Source: Sphaeroforma arctica JP610 (taxonomy: Eukaryota). From it: a stretch of DNA of 41,057 nucleotides. Location of the stretch: the NCBI RefSeq assembly GCF_001186125.1, contig NW_014040125.1, positions 32,619 through 73,675 on the forward strand, in the 5' to 3' direction. A program made the position numbers and the translations under genes. The notes below the pieces were generated by a model, which searched no databases, had not been told where the DNA came from, and worked only from the letters and a program-made list of their open reading frames with translations. Positions 1-12,295 of this stretch are shown in pieces (the stretch's first letter is position 1; every line of letters begins with the position of its first letter).

Positions 1-420
<420 letters not shown>

Positions 421-3400
421 GTTTACTAAGAACAGCATATATACCACTGACCCCAGTACGAAGGCTACAGAGATTGTTTCATTCAACGAGAGGCAAGTAA
501 AATCGAGTGCATAGATTATCCCTAGTATGAAACTTATTTCTACGCTTGCCAACAGTCATTGCTTAGAACACAATTCAGTGCAACACTCAGCGAATATTCG
601 AGGATATATTGAGAGTTCTATTCCCATTCACATAGGGAAACATATCATTGAAAGCTATTTACAACAATCCTTGCATACATAGGCCGTTTGCAACACAACA
701 GAAAGATTCTAACTTCATATGCTCATCAGCCTGATAGATTATAAACAATGGCAAACTGGCGTGAGATGCATGCTTACATTGATTCGCTATTATCACATCC
801 AAAATAAAGCTATAATATACAGACATAGTAAAACATGCGCGATGAACCATGTAGGGCAATAGTGTCAGACCAACGTAACGCCTACACAACGTTCCAACTT
901 TTCATACACAAGAGAATACGTATAAGAAGCTGACTCTTTCCAATGGAAGTGAAGCCCATACTTGTACACAAACACGCCAGTTTGGGATACTACAGACGCA
1001 CCATTTTCTTCGATAGGATCCAGGCAGTCGATCGAATGCTGATATGTCTACGTGTATCTATTCAAATCTGACACTAGTCGACATTCGACAAGCGCTGATA
1101 TTTGTGGAAAAAAAAGCCGGCAAGTCATGTGTTTTTGTATTTATTTCATATGATCATACATCCTGTGGTATATTATTTTTTTGGTTTTCTTGGGGGTTTA
1201 CATGTTTTTTGGAGGAAAAACCAAAACCCATAGCCTTCTGAAGTTCTGAGAAGGCTACGCAAGAGGCGAAGCAAAAGCGAGTGCAAAATTCAATACCAAC
1301 AACGTTCTGAATCAAACAAGCCGGACATCCCTCTTGTATATAAATACATATACATACTGTATTTACTATATCCCTTTTAAGTTTCAAAGTCTGTAAAGTA
1401 GGTGTCTTTTAACTCGTATGTAGTACAGATTTGCTTATGTAGTACTATTGGGGATAAATTACCTGAATATCCCTACCAACACATGGTTTGCCGTATTCTA
1501 CAAATATGCATCGGTTGGGCATGCTGTTATTCCTGTAGTGTCGTGTGTGCTTCTGGCATGTATATAGCAAACATTATTTAGATACATGTGATGGGAATAG
1601 ATAGAAAATATTCAGGCTGCGCTAAATTGAACCTTGGGCCACGGCCCGAAAAAAAAGCGCGGCGGCGAAAATTGAATAATCATCATTTTTGGGAAATCTG
1701 TGAGTCATGCTCTCTTGTGTTCTTATTTATTTATTTATTTTTTGAATATATTTAGGTCTCTCTTGATTCACAGACAAACGACAGCTCAAAAAAAAATGCT
1801 GATCTAAATAGCCTCCTGAAGCCTGAAGGCTATGAAATAATAAAATCCATTTCAACTAAAAAGGAGCGGGCCGTGCGCCGTGCGGCCCTGTGCCCTGTGC
1901 CCTGTGGGAGTCTGCGCCTCTGGCCCTCTAATGCCCGGCGCCCCTGGCCCTCTACTGCCCGGCGCCCCTCTGGCCTCTGACCGGAGAAAAATATATGTAT
2001 ATATATACATGTATATATAGAAAACGCATATGCATACTTACTGTATATTTTTTGCGTCGTAAATAAACAGTGTTTGATTTCAGAAGGCTATTTTTAAAAT
2101 CTGTGCGGCGCGGCTGTGCCACGGTGTACCTTCAAGGCTAATAAGGAGTCAGGCCTCAGACAGCCCTGAGAGGCTGAGCGGTCTGGCCTCAGCGGCTCAG
2201 GCGCGCAGTGCCTCATCAGTTTCTGAGCCTCAGCGGCTGTCACCTGAGTGGGCCAGACAGACAGCATGGTATTTAAGTGGCCGCGGCCGGCGGGCCGTGA
2301 GATATTTTTTTATAAACAAATATTTATGCATTTTTTTAATTGTCTTTTTTTAATAAAATGAATAGATAATAAAATAAGTGCGAAAAAAATTAAATACAGC
2401 AGGAAAAGCTGGTTGCTATTGTGTAGGTAATTATTTTGAAAATTTATGGAAATTGATATAAAAAAAGGCGCCGGTTTAGTGTTTTACCGTAGCATTGTGT
2501 TCTATGGTGAGCTGTAGGCTATTATTTTTAAATCAGCTATGGTTTTTTTACTCTCTATTTTTATTTTTAGATCTGCTTTGTTCTTTGAACTCTCTCCAGG
2601 GTGACCGGGTGTATTTATACGAATATTCAGGTTTGTACTTACATTTGGCTCAATTCTATTTGGAATGAACTACCCCCCACGAAAAGTTGTTTTTCGTCTT
2701 CGGACGTTAGTCCGATCAGCCATATATTGTTCTTTCTTCTTTCTCTCTATTTAGAGAGGGCCTTGATTTCGTTTAGCGAAAATTTATATCAAATTTTGGA
2801 AACCAAATTCAGGAGGCTGGAGCACGGGGTTATGCGGCGGAAAAACGGACCAGGAGTAGCTTTTTCCCAATTCAAATTCCCATTAGAAGGGTGCCCTAGA
2901 GAAAGCTGCTACTCAGTCAAACCGAATTCCATTTTAATTTTTCGATAGGAGCGGACGCCGGGCGGCGACAATGGGTGTACCCTTTTTGCGAAGAAAAAAA
3001 AGGGAAAAGGAGAAGACAGCTGATGAAGAAAGCAGAAAGCAGCCAAATTCTGGTGCAGCATAGGCAAAGGTAAAATACTGTGTATTTTTCAGAAGGCTAT
3101 GAAAATACACGAAAAGAAGCAGAAACATCCACATTACGCAGTATACACTTATTTGCAATAGTCAATAATACTGGTTTGGAAACGTGTTGTAAGTTGATTG
3201 TTGCCATTCGCAGTGTACGATTAGCAACATAACTTTCACAACGTAGACTATCTTTCATTCAATCACGTTACGTTGGTGTAGACTATTCTGACTGTCTTTG
3301 TCCCACATACTGGGACGAAGCATATCTAACGTTATCACCTTAAATCTATTGTAGATACGTTGATATATTTCTGTTTGGCTGTTCAACCAAAAGAGATACA

Positions 3401-3435
3401 TTCACCTATAGTTTATCACTCGATAATCTAATACT

Positions 3436-5520
3436 ATGCAGGATCCTGTGATCGTGCCTGAGAGCTCGACTGCGAGCAATCACTTCAATGCCATCGGTAT
3501 GTAGCCATGTAGATGCGTATTGGTCAGATAATTAAGTATTCATTTGTGAATGGTGCATCGGTGGTTTTAGTCCTCATCTATGTTGTTCTGTTGCTGCTAA
3601 CTACCCTTCTCATTGTGCACTCAGTATGATTTTTCCGCCTTTTGTTTTTGTTTTCGCTAGCACCTTCGCTAACATGTTTGTGCTTTGCTTTCCTTGTAGA
3701 TCCGAGTGCATTCTATATGAATTACTCTAATCCTTATGGAGCCATGAGCCAGTATATGGGAGTACAGCCAAATATACCAATGCCTCCGCAACAGGCCCAG
3801 ATGCTTGCTCAGATGACCATGATGGTGCAGCAGCAACACTTGCAACAACAACAGCAACACCAATTGCAACAGCAACATCTACTACAACAACAAACGGATG
3901 CTTATAACCAAATCAAGAGTAAGCCTTCACTGACTCCTACTCAATTAGTACACAAGGAAAAGCCTTATGCACCCGAGTCACCTTCGTCTTCGACGTCCGC
4001 ATCCGCTTCACAAGCGTCCGATTTCGCGTCGATGCTAAATGATACGTCTCTGCTGCCCTTTACGTTCGACGATTTTGTTACTGATCCGTGTCTATCCCCA
4101 AAGTCGTTCTCCTCGGCTGGGAACTTTCACGTACACGCACAGTCACTTGGGGCGGCAACTGCAAATGCTAACCATATGTACTACGGTTTGGGATCAATGG
4201 CGATTCCTACGCCGCCTATGGATGCCAGTATACACGGTTCACCTGGGAGTATGCAGGGACCAGAGTCACCTGAGAGCCAATCGACCGGACAGTTGACCAA
4301 CAATCCAGACCAAGAATCCGTTCCGAAAACCTCCCCGAGAGGTTCTATCGCTAATAAGCCCATTGATATAGTTCCGGTAAATAAACCTGTGGGAGCAGAG
4401 AAACGCAACCTTCACCTCGCGGCAGAGCAAAAAAGGAGAAACCAGATCAGAAACGGGTTTCAAGATTTGCAGAATATGATTCCTGTGAAAGGACAAGCGG
4501 GTGCAAGTGGGAAGTTTAGCAAGGCCACTGTGCTACATAAAGCTGTGGACTATATAAGTTACCTGATGAGAGAAAAGACAGGTATAATGACTGAAATAGA
4601 TAAGGTCAGGAAAGAAGTTCAGCATCTGAGAGAGATTATTACCGAGTACCAGGAGATGGTGAAATCGGGTGCGGGGAGTGAAGAGTTAGACGCCAAATTG
4701 GCTTCCATGCAGACCAAGACGAGGCAAATGCAGAGTCAAGACGGAGCCAAGTATCGGGACTCTGACTCACGGGATAATTTTGAACAGAACGCGCGAAATT
4801 ACGATACAGAAAATATCAAGTTCTATGTGGTATGTGACATCATAACACTGAGACATGCTTTGTCCGACATTTCACTAAGAATAATTATTATTTTTGTTCA
4901 AAAGTGTATTCGCACTGACACTATCCTTTTTTTCTTCGTCTTCCTATACAGTTCTGCTGTGTAATAGACGCTCTCTTCGAGTCATTCAACGAGATTGTTT
5001 CGCTAGAGAACGCCGAAGATTTCTCGCTCTCGCTTATGTCTTGGTTTGAGCAATACTGCACCCCCGATACGCTGAGGACGACCTTCGTTGATAGCATGCA
5101 GACGATAGTTTCCCGCCTGTTTTCAGAGGTAATTCACGAATGGTGTCGCTGTTCGTCAGTACTTTACTGTGGTTATTGGAATCTAGTTCGTGCATATGCG
5201 GAGCAGTTAGTACTTCGATCCTTCTGGCTGATTAATTCCTCACTTAAGCTCGACGTAGTTTTCTATAGCGTTGTTTCTCTATTCCAGTACTAAAATTACA
5301 TTGCAACCTACACTGACAGGAGCAAACGAAAACTTTACGGCGTGTGAGTGGAGCCATTACGGCCTGCAAGGAAGTCATGGTGACTGCACTGGACAATTCA
5401 AGCGTTCCATATGCAAAGAAACTGGGACGTACGATAGACTACGTGGGCTCCATCTGCTCGTTAGATACACTGGAATCGAATTCTGTTCTTCGCGTTAGTC
5501 CGGCGAACGCTTCAATTTGA
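3436..5520 (+). CDS. MLX: Mlx/Mondo-family bHLH-leucine-zipper transcription factor, 4 exons, ~522 aa
   Basis: Exons 3436-3496, 3700-4829, 4952-5128, 5320-5520 join in frame via GT..AG introns. bHLH: KRNLHLAAEQKRRNQIRNGFQDLQNMIP...KFSKATVLHKAVDYISYL, then a zipper. The C-terminal DCD-like domain IKFYVFCCVIDALFESFNEIVS...SWFEQYCTPDTLR matches the remembered Mlx/Mondo pattern (KF.vF....d.LF.SFN..vS...W.e..C.P..LR). The N-terminus is Q/S-rich. The first and last exons are less certain. Confidence 0.9.
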
Positions 5521-6426
5521 ATACTGTTCGAAGGCAGCGAACCGTCAAATAGTAGCAGTGCAAAAAAAAGAGTATGAGACAGTGGCAAACCGCCTTAATA
5601 ACTGCTAATGTGCAACAGCAAAAACGTATTCGATATAGCGATAGCACTTGAAACGAAGCATACTGTGGGCAACTCTTGCATCTCAACTGGGACCACTTGA
5701 GGCTTGAGAAAGTTATAGCTAGACCTGCGGTGTGCTGCATTTAAGAGTTTGGTCCGGGCTCGGTGTTCACTACTAATTGCCTGAGTCGTCCTTTGGCCCC
5801 CCCAAAAATACCCTGATTTAAACTAGACGTACTTACGTAGAATATAGCAAATAAGCTTGTACGTGCATATATTTGCGTACAAAAGAAACCGTACATATCT
5901 ATCTAAAGGATATGAAAACAAAGCTTGGCACATATACCAGGCTGACTTCTTGAAAATAAAAGACACGGAATATTATCTCTTTGAAATACATGGCCTTTCT
6001 ATACTAGGATGTATAACGTACGCTTGTTCCCAATTATAAAAGGGCTTTCCATAAAACATAAATTCGCTCTTTGGTGCTTCCAATAGAATCCAGAAAGTCA
6101 ATCGCTTGTATCAAATCGATGTTCCTGCATCTATTCTATGGCCGTGCACATATGTCTGCGTACGCACCTTTTCATTCCAAGAATGATTACGCACACACAA
6201 TTGACAAAATCTAAGATATAATTCAGCTAAGGATAGTTGCAATCCTGCAATTCCAGCTGGATCTAATCTGGGCTCGACTTCGCGAAAACACAACTTTCAC
6301 TTCAATTGCCCTTAATAACGTGCAGAGAATGTAAAAACTATATGCCTTTTTTACAGTTGTCATCCTTCACAAACCATCAGGTACAGGTTTAGCTGTGCAA
6401 TTTTTTATTAGATCATTTCAATACCT

Positions 6427-9400
6427 TCATCCTTCGATGTGCACTACGGTGGCATGTTGATATCCTACTGGGATATGTTCACCGTGCACTGTTGCAAATA
6501 CATAGTGGTTGCGGATCTCATTTGCGGTCTCCAGCTGGCTCTTAAGCTGCAATTGAAACAGAATGAATTAGTACAGCTCGAGCAAGACACATGAAGCCTG
6601 TATTCAAGTACAGTGTATTTCTACGTCATACAACTATTCTGACCCCCTAAACAGATATTCAAAGAAGAATAATGGGGTGGGTGAAAATGGGTCAAATGGA
6701 GTATATTACCGTGGCGGCATACCTGAATGCTGGCACCGGGTGCCAGGTCTTCACAGACTGTGTGCCGGGTACCCACACTTTCGTCCTTGAACCCGAGTTC
6801 ATGGGAATGAATCGATAGACAAATATTGTTCACTTTGAACGAGTGGGTATTAGTGTATGTAGCCTCGACAGGGAAGAAAGTCTCTACATCGTTGCCGTCA
6901 ACCATAACGTTTCCTGGCACGATGAGATTGATCTTGGGCGCTGTAACGTCGTAAGTTATCAAAATGAAAGGGAAAAGAAAAAGGTTATGTACGGACTCGG
7001 AGTTAGCATACTGGTATCAATTCCTATGAGAATATCCTTAACCTTGCTCTTCCACATACCATCAAAAGATATAACTTTAGTCACAATGCGGGTCATGTCT
7101 TCAGAATGCACCGCGGACCGAACTTGGATGGCCACGTCCTGCAAGATAAGCAAGTTGGGGGGGGAAATCGGTTAGTGCACGATTGAAGGACAATGGCCAT
7201 ATATCCGCGAGAAATATTGCCTAAATTGTAAAGCTATGGGATCGTTGATATATAATGGTTTCGTGAAACTGATTTAGATTTGTAACTTACATGCATAGAC
7301 TTTTGGAGGTATTGCTGAGCGTCCACATCGAATTTGAGCGACATTGCCTCACCGGTAGATTTAACATTGCGAGACTGACGACCCAATTTCTGTTCGAATA
7401 TAATAAGGCACGTAAGTGTTAGTACACAACACCGAGGACAACATTGTGAAACATTCAGTTGCCATACGGGTACGGTCTACACAGGTTTCCACTCAAATTC
7501 AGAAAAGAGAAAAGGCCCAACAATCGCTGGGGTTTAACTAAGATAACACAGAAATAACATGAAACCCTGAAAACAAATGATTTTTCTACGAATTGGTTGG
7601 ATTCGACAAAATTGTACCTTGATCACATCTCCCTTATTATTAATAAGGTCAATGGCGACGTTGACCTCGAAAACAGTCCCAGGCTTGGCTGCCTACAAGA
7701 TTAGTAAGATACAATCATCAGATTAGGTGATCAAGGTTGGCCACCACATGCCGATCAGTATTATGTTGACTTCGAGGCTTTCCAGCCCAGTATTGAGATA
7801 ATAACAAACAGAAACGCTTAAAATGATCTATAAGAACTGTTCTTCACAATGAGCGCAAACCAAGACTTACCTGGATCTCTACGGTACCCTCTACGGTATC
7901 ACCAGCCACGACCATACCATTACCCTCGATGGAAACCTCGAACTCGGGCTCGTCATCTACAAGCCTCTGGTTACTCTGCAACCAAGACTCGTCATCCTTG
8001 GGGAAAGGAATAAAAGCATCCACGGTGGGGTCCACGAATTCTTGCGTGATTTCTTTCTCGGAGAACGATCCATCCTTATTTGTTTTGGTGGTCAGGATAA
8101 GCCCAGCTCCTGTTATGTCGTACTTAATCATTTTCTCTACCTGCATAGTGAACCGAATACGAAACCAGATATAGTAACTTTTAGAATTCCCATTTCCGTG
8201 CAAAATTTACGATCGCAATAGATTTAAACTTCAGGACAACTGCGAACCGTAAGGTGTAAAATCCTTGATGCTTGAATGATTGTATACTATTCATGCCGAA
8301 CGCTGGAATGACGTACCGTGCATCCCTTAAGATCAGTGTTTTCTGCATCAGGCTTCTCGCACTCGACCAGATAGTTGCGAAGCGTAGAGTGGACAGTGCT
8401 TATCACATCGCTGATATTGTACCCAGCACGTTCATCGAGGGCCAGAGTAGATTTGACACTAGCGGGACCTAATCCTGCAAATTACAACGGATTTCAAGAT
8501 TAATTGCAGATAAAGGATTTGTCAAGCGACATCTAGCTTCATATTATAAGAGTCACAAGCATCCCAACTATCAATCATACCAGGGGGGGTTCCGTCCTCG
8601 GACTGCCAACCGCTCTTATCGTCATCCCGGTGCAACCAAATGTTATTCCAAGAGTGATAGTTCCACACGCTTCCTTTAGAGTGGTGCAATGTACCGTCGG
8701 CCTCAAAGAATTGATCGACTACGTGATGATGGATGTGATCCTTCGATGTTTTTGCGGAAGCGTCGATTCGGGCACCAAAGGCGGAGAGCTGCCGAGCAGG
8801 AATACCTATAGCGCGCATCAGGGTGTTCTGCAATGCCGCGAAGATCCAGCACTGTCCGTACTTTGCGGGCTTGCCGGTTTTTTTCCATTCGTTCAGGATA
8901 TCTACGGTGCTGACCCACAGATCAGGATCGGTGCCATCAGCGAAATCACCGCTCCACTTACCCTCCAGTAGGCCATCCTTGTTACCTTTTATGTGTATGA
9001 AACGAAACGGGGTTATTTTTAAGCGATCGCAAGAGACAATTCAGACTCGAGGGGTTGTTGCTTTCAAACAGATCGTTAACAGGAAAATATTCTAGATAAT
9101 ACCTTGATGCGGCTTTTCTCCTGGATTGGGGTCGTGGAACCCTTGGTTGTGCGAGATATGCTGCGCTGTCTTCAGTGCACTTTGCGAATGCCCTGCCGGG
9201 ATGGTTTTGAGCAGGTAGAAAACAGCATCAAGCGCAACCTGAACAATGCGAGAAGCGCAAAGTAAGAAAACTTATAGATAACTGACACTTGTATCCTGTT
9301 TCTTTCATGATCAAACCACTACAACAGAAGATCACTGCTACAAACTGACCAATTATCAAGGCTGGACATACCTGATGGGACTGACCGTAATACCAGTGGA

Positions 9401-10466
9401 TAGTTCTGTATTTGTTGATAGATCCATCATAGACCTTGCCATAATCTTGGAGGACGTGTTCTTGACGCATCTCTTCATCATCTAGATATACACATTTGTC
9501 TTCCTCCGACCATGCGTTAAATAGAACATAGATTGGGAATGGGTAGAAATATTCATAGGATTCTTCCTCGCTTTCAATTTTTCCTTCCTGTATTCGTGAA
9601 TCGCGAGAAGGGTGGCCAGTAAGATATTTATTCGGAGCGTCGCAAGATGAACAAGATGTGCTACAATGCCGATAAACAGTGCTTACCAAATCATTGCTAG
9701 CCCTCGGGGTGATACGATGAACATAAGACTATGTAACCCTAATAGTTCGTAGTCGTGAAAGCGAGACATCACAAAAATAAACTGACTCAACTACACACAC
9801 TGCATCCAACGTAAGACTCCGAAAAATACATACCTTATTCTTTGTAGCGACGGCCAAAGTTATATCTTCGTACTTTCCTACGGGACAATCGCCAGTAGTT
9901 GTGACAGTCACCATATACTTGTTGTCGCCAAGGGATTTTTTTACTTCGCATTCGAAGTCCGGGCTGAACTCACTCGCTTTCTCGTTAACACTCATCACGA
10001 AGGTCATGTTATCGTACCTAAAGAACATATCAAAAATAAAATGAGTATTTGTGTGAACGGATATGCGTCGATTCTATGTAGTTGGATAGCGAGCTGATCT
10101 ATAGCCAAAAAGTGGGATCACAATATGCAGTGTCACGGGCGAACAGGCCTGGTGCAAGCTGAAATTGATATCAATTGTGATATGGAACAGCAGTACGCAT
10201 CAATTCTATTTTGACCCTTATATTTGACCTCCGATGACATACTTCAACTTCTCACTCGTAGTGACGACAACTTCAAAGGGCTGGCCACGTCTGACCGCAA
10301 AGCCGAGGTCGATCTTGAAGTGGTCGGTGTGGTGTGCTTTCTTGGATTCTTCGGTGATCTGCAGACCCGTGACCTGAGGCCACTCGGAACCGATACCATT
10401 TTTCGCACTGATAGCAGCTGATGCCGCAACAGTAAGGAGCGTGACTAACGAGCGTAAGCCCAACAT
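6427..10466 (-). CDS. TGM: Animal-type (factor XIIIa/TG2-like) transglutaminase with N-terminal signal peptide, 12 exons, ~727 aa
   Basis: Exons (minus strand) 10466-10243, 10017-9834, 9587-9372, 9238-9103, 8985-8581, 8474-8317, 8140-7871, 7692-7618, 7389-7291, 7138-7060, 6940-6723, 6546-6427 sum to 2184 nt in one open frame. Motifs: HHT and RRGQPF (N-terminal sandwich), LFNAW, WYYGQ, GKW, catalytic YGQCWIFA (Cys codon 8849-8851), GIPAR, WNYH, DGTP, GPASV. Two C-terminal beta-barrel-like segments follow. Confidence 0.93.
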
Positions 10467-11112
10467 GATGATATGAAAGCCTAAAAGTATCCGTAGACTT
10501 ATTAGTATATCTCTAGAAAAAGCCTTCAGATCATTGTTGCATACCTTTTTTCGAACTGCTTTCCAGTTTTGGACTTTTTACACAACTGTACGATACAATG
10601 ATGAATACATACATTATTTTTTCCAAGAAAGTATCTAGGTATATGTCCTAATATGGCAGATTGTCTGGGTTGGCCCCCTGAGGCGGGCCTCGGGATATTA
10701 TTATTTGTTTATTTACGTTCATATGTAAATAGAGTCACATTAGTGGGAGTGTTTTTTTTTGTAGTATGTAGTAGTAGAATATGATTTTAGTAATAACGAT
10801 GTTTTTTCCCGACACAAACCGATGTTTAACATCACAGGAAGAATACTGTCTGTACCCACACGCACTCACCTTCTTTGTTCACATGCTGTGTAGCAGATTC
10901 ACGAGGTTGTAATACATACTTTAGTAAACAGCTCATAACAGTTAGATAATACGTGACAAGCACAGTTAGGGATAAAGCCAACAACACAGATAGGTGCAAA
11001 AAGCGAAAAGCATAGTTGAGACATAAACGTTTTAGCGCAGCTGCACATATCAACTACATACCTTATATCGGTTACATATATTATCTATACTAGATAGACA
11101 AAATATTCCACC
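10467..11112. promoter_or_regulatory. Divergent intergenic region, probable bidirectional promoter (transglutaminase / ArfGAP-like)
   Basis: 646 bp between head-to-head ATGs. It contains a short GC-rich patch (10671-10694) next to a T/A-rich tract. Confidence 0.5.
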
Positions 11113-11516
11113 ATGGCACCACGAGGTCAAAGCGATGATCAGGTGCTAGCAGGACTCCGCAAATTGCCGGAGAATAAAATATGTCCGAACTGTCATGCGA
11201 AGGCAACACTGGGTCACGCCAACGTGTGCATCCCTTTCAAGACATTTGTTTGCAGGTATGCCTACTACTTGCGGAATGACAACCATAGTTTTGACCTCCG
11301 CTAATGAGCACCGTCTATCAGTTTAGATCCGATAATCTGCGATCCAGTCGTACAAATTGAATTTGATAGGCGAATATTATCACGTCATTTTGGCCCACAA
11401 GCAGGATATTTAAAATATGTCTCTAATTTATGTCCTGATATTTCTTACCCATTGTACACTTTTATACAAAAACACAAGCAATTACAGACGTTATAGCTTT
11501 TATAGAAAGCTATGTT

Positions 11517-11595
<79 letters not shown>

Positions 11596-11750
11596 ATATA
11601 TATATATATACTATTATATATATGCTATTATATACACTTTTATTTATTAATATATATACATATGAATATATGAATATATTTTTAAACGTATATATACATA
11701 TACTTCAAAATATACATACGTGGACAAACATTTACACACGTGTAGACATG

Positions 11751-11781
<31 letters not shown>

Positions 11782-11981
11782 GTGTGTGTGTATATGTTTA
11801 TATGTATATACGCATCTGTTTGTGTGCGTGCGTATATATGTATGTATATATATATAAATTAATATATATATAAATCTATATTTTTATATATATATGTGTG
11901 TGTATACATGGATGTATTTGTTTATATATATATATATATAAATATATATATACAATATATATGGTTATATATATATATATT

Positions 11982-12016
<35 letters not shown>

Positions 12017-12264
12017 TTATGTATATGTATGTATGTATGTATATATATCTAAATATGTATATATACATATTATATATATATATATATATATATATGTGGA
12101 ATAATATAGTGGTGGACTTCATATATATATATGTGTGTGTGTGTGTGTTTTGTGTTTGTGTGTGTGTTCCCATGCATCTATGTATCTGTGTGTGTTTGTG
12201 TGTGTATGGATGGATGGATGCATTTATGTATCTATTGATGTAGGGATGTATGTATATATTTATG

Positions 12265-12295
<31 letters not shown>

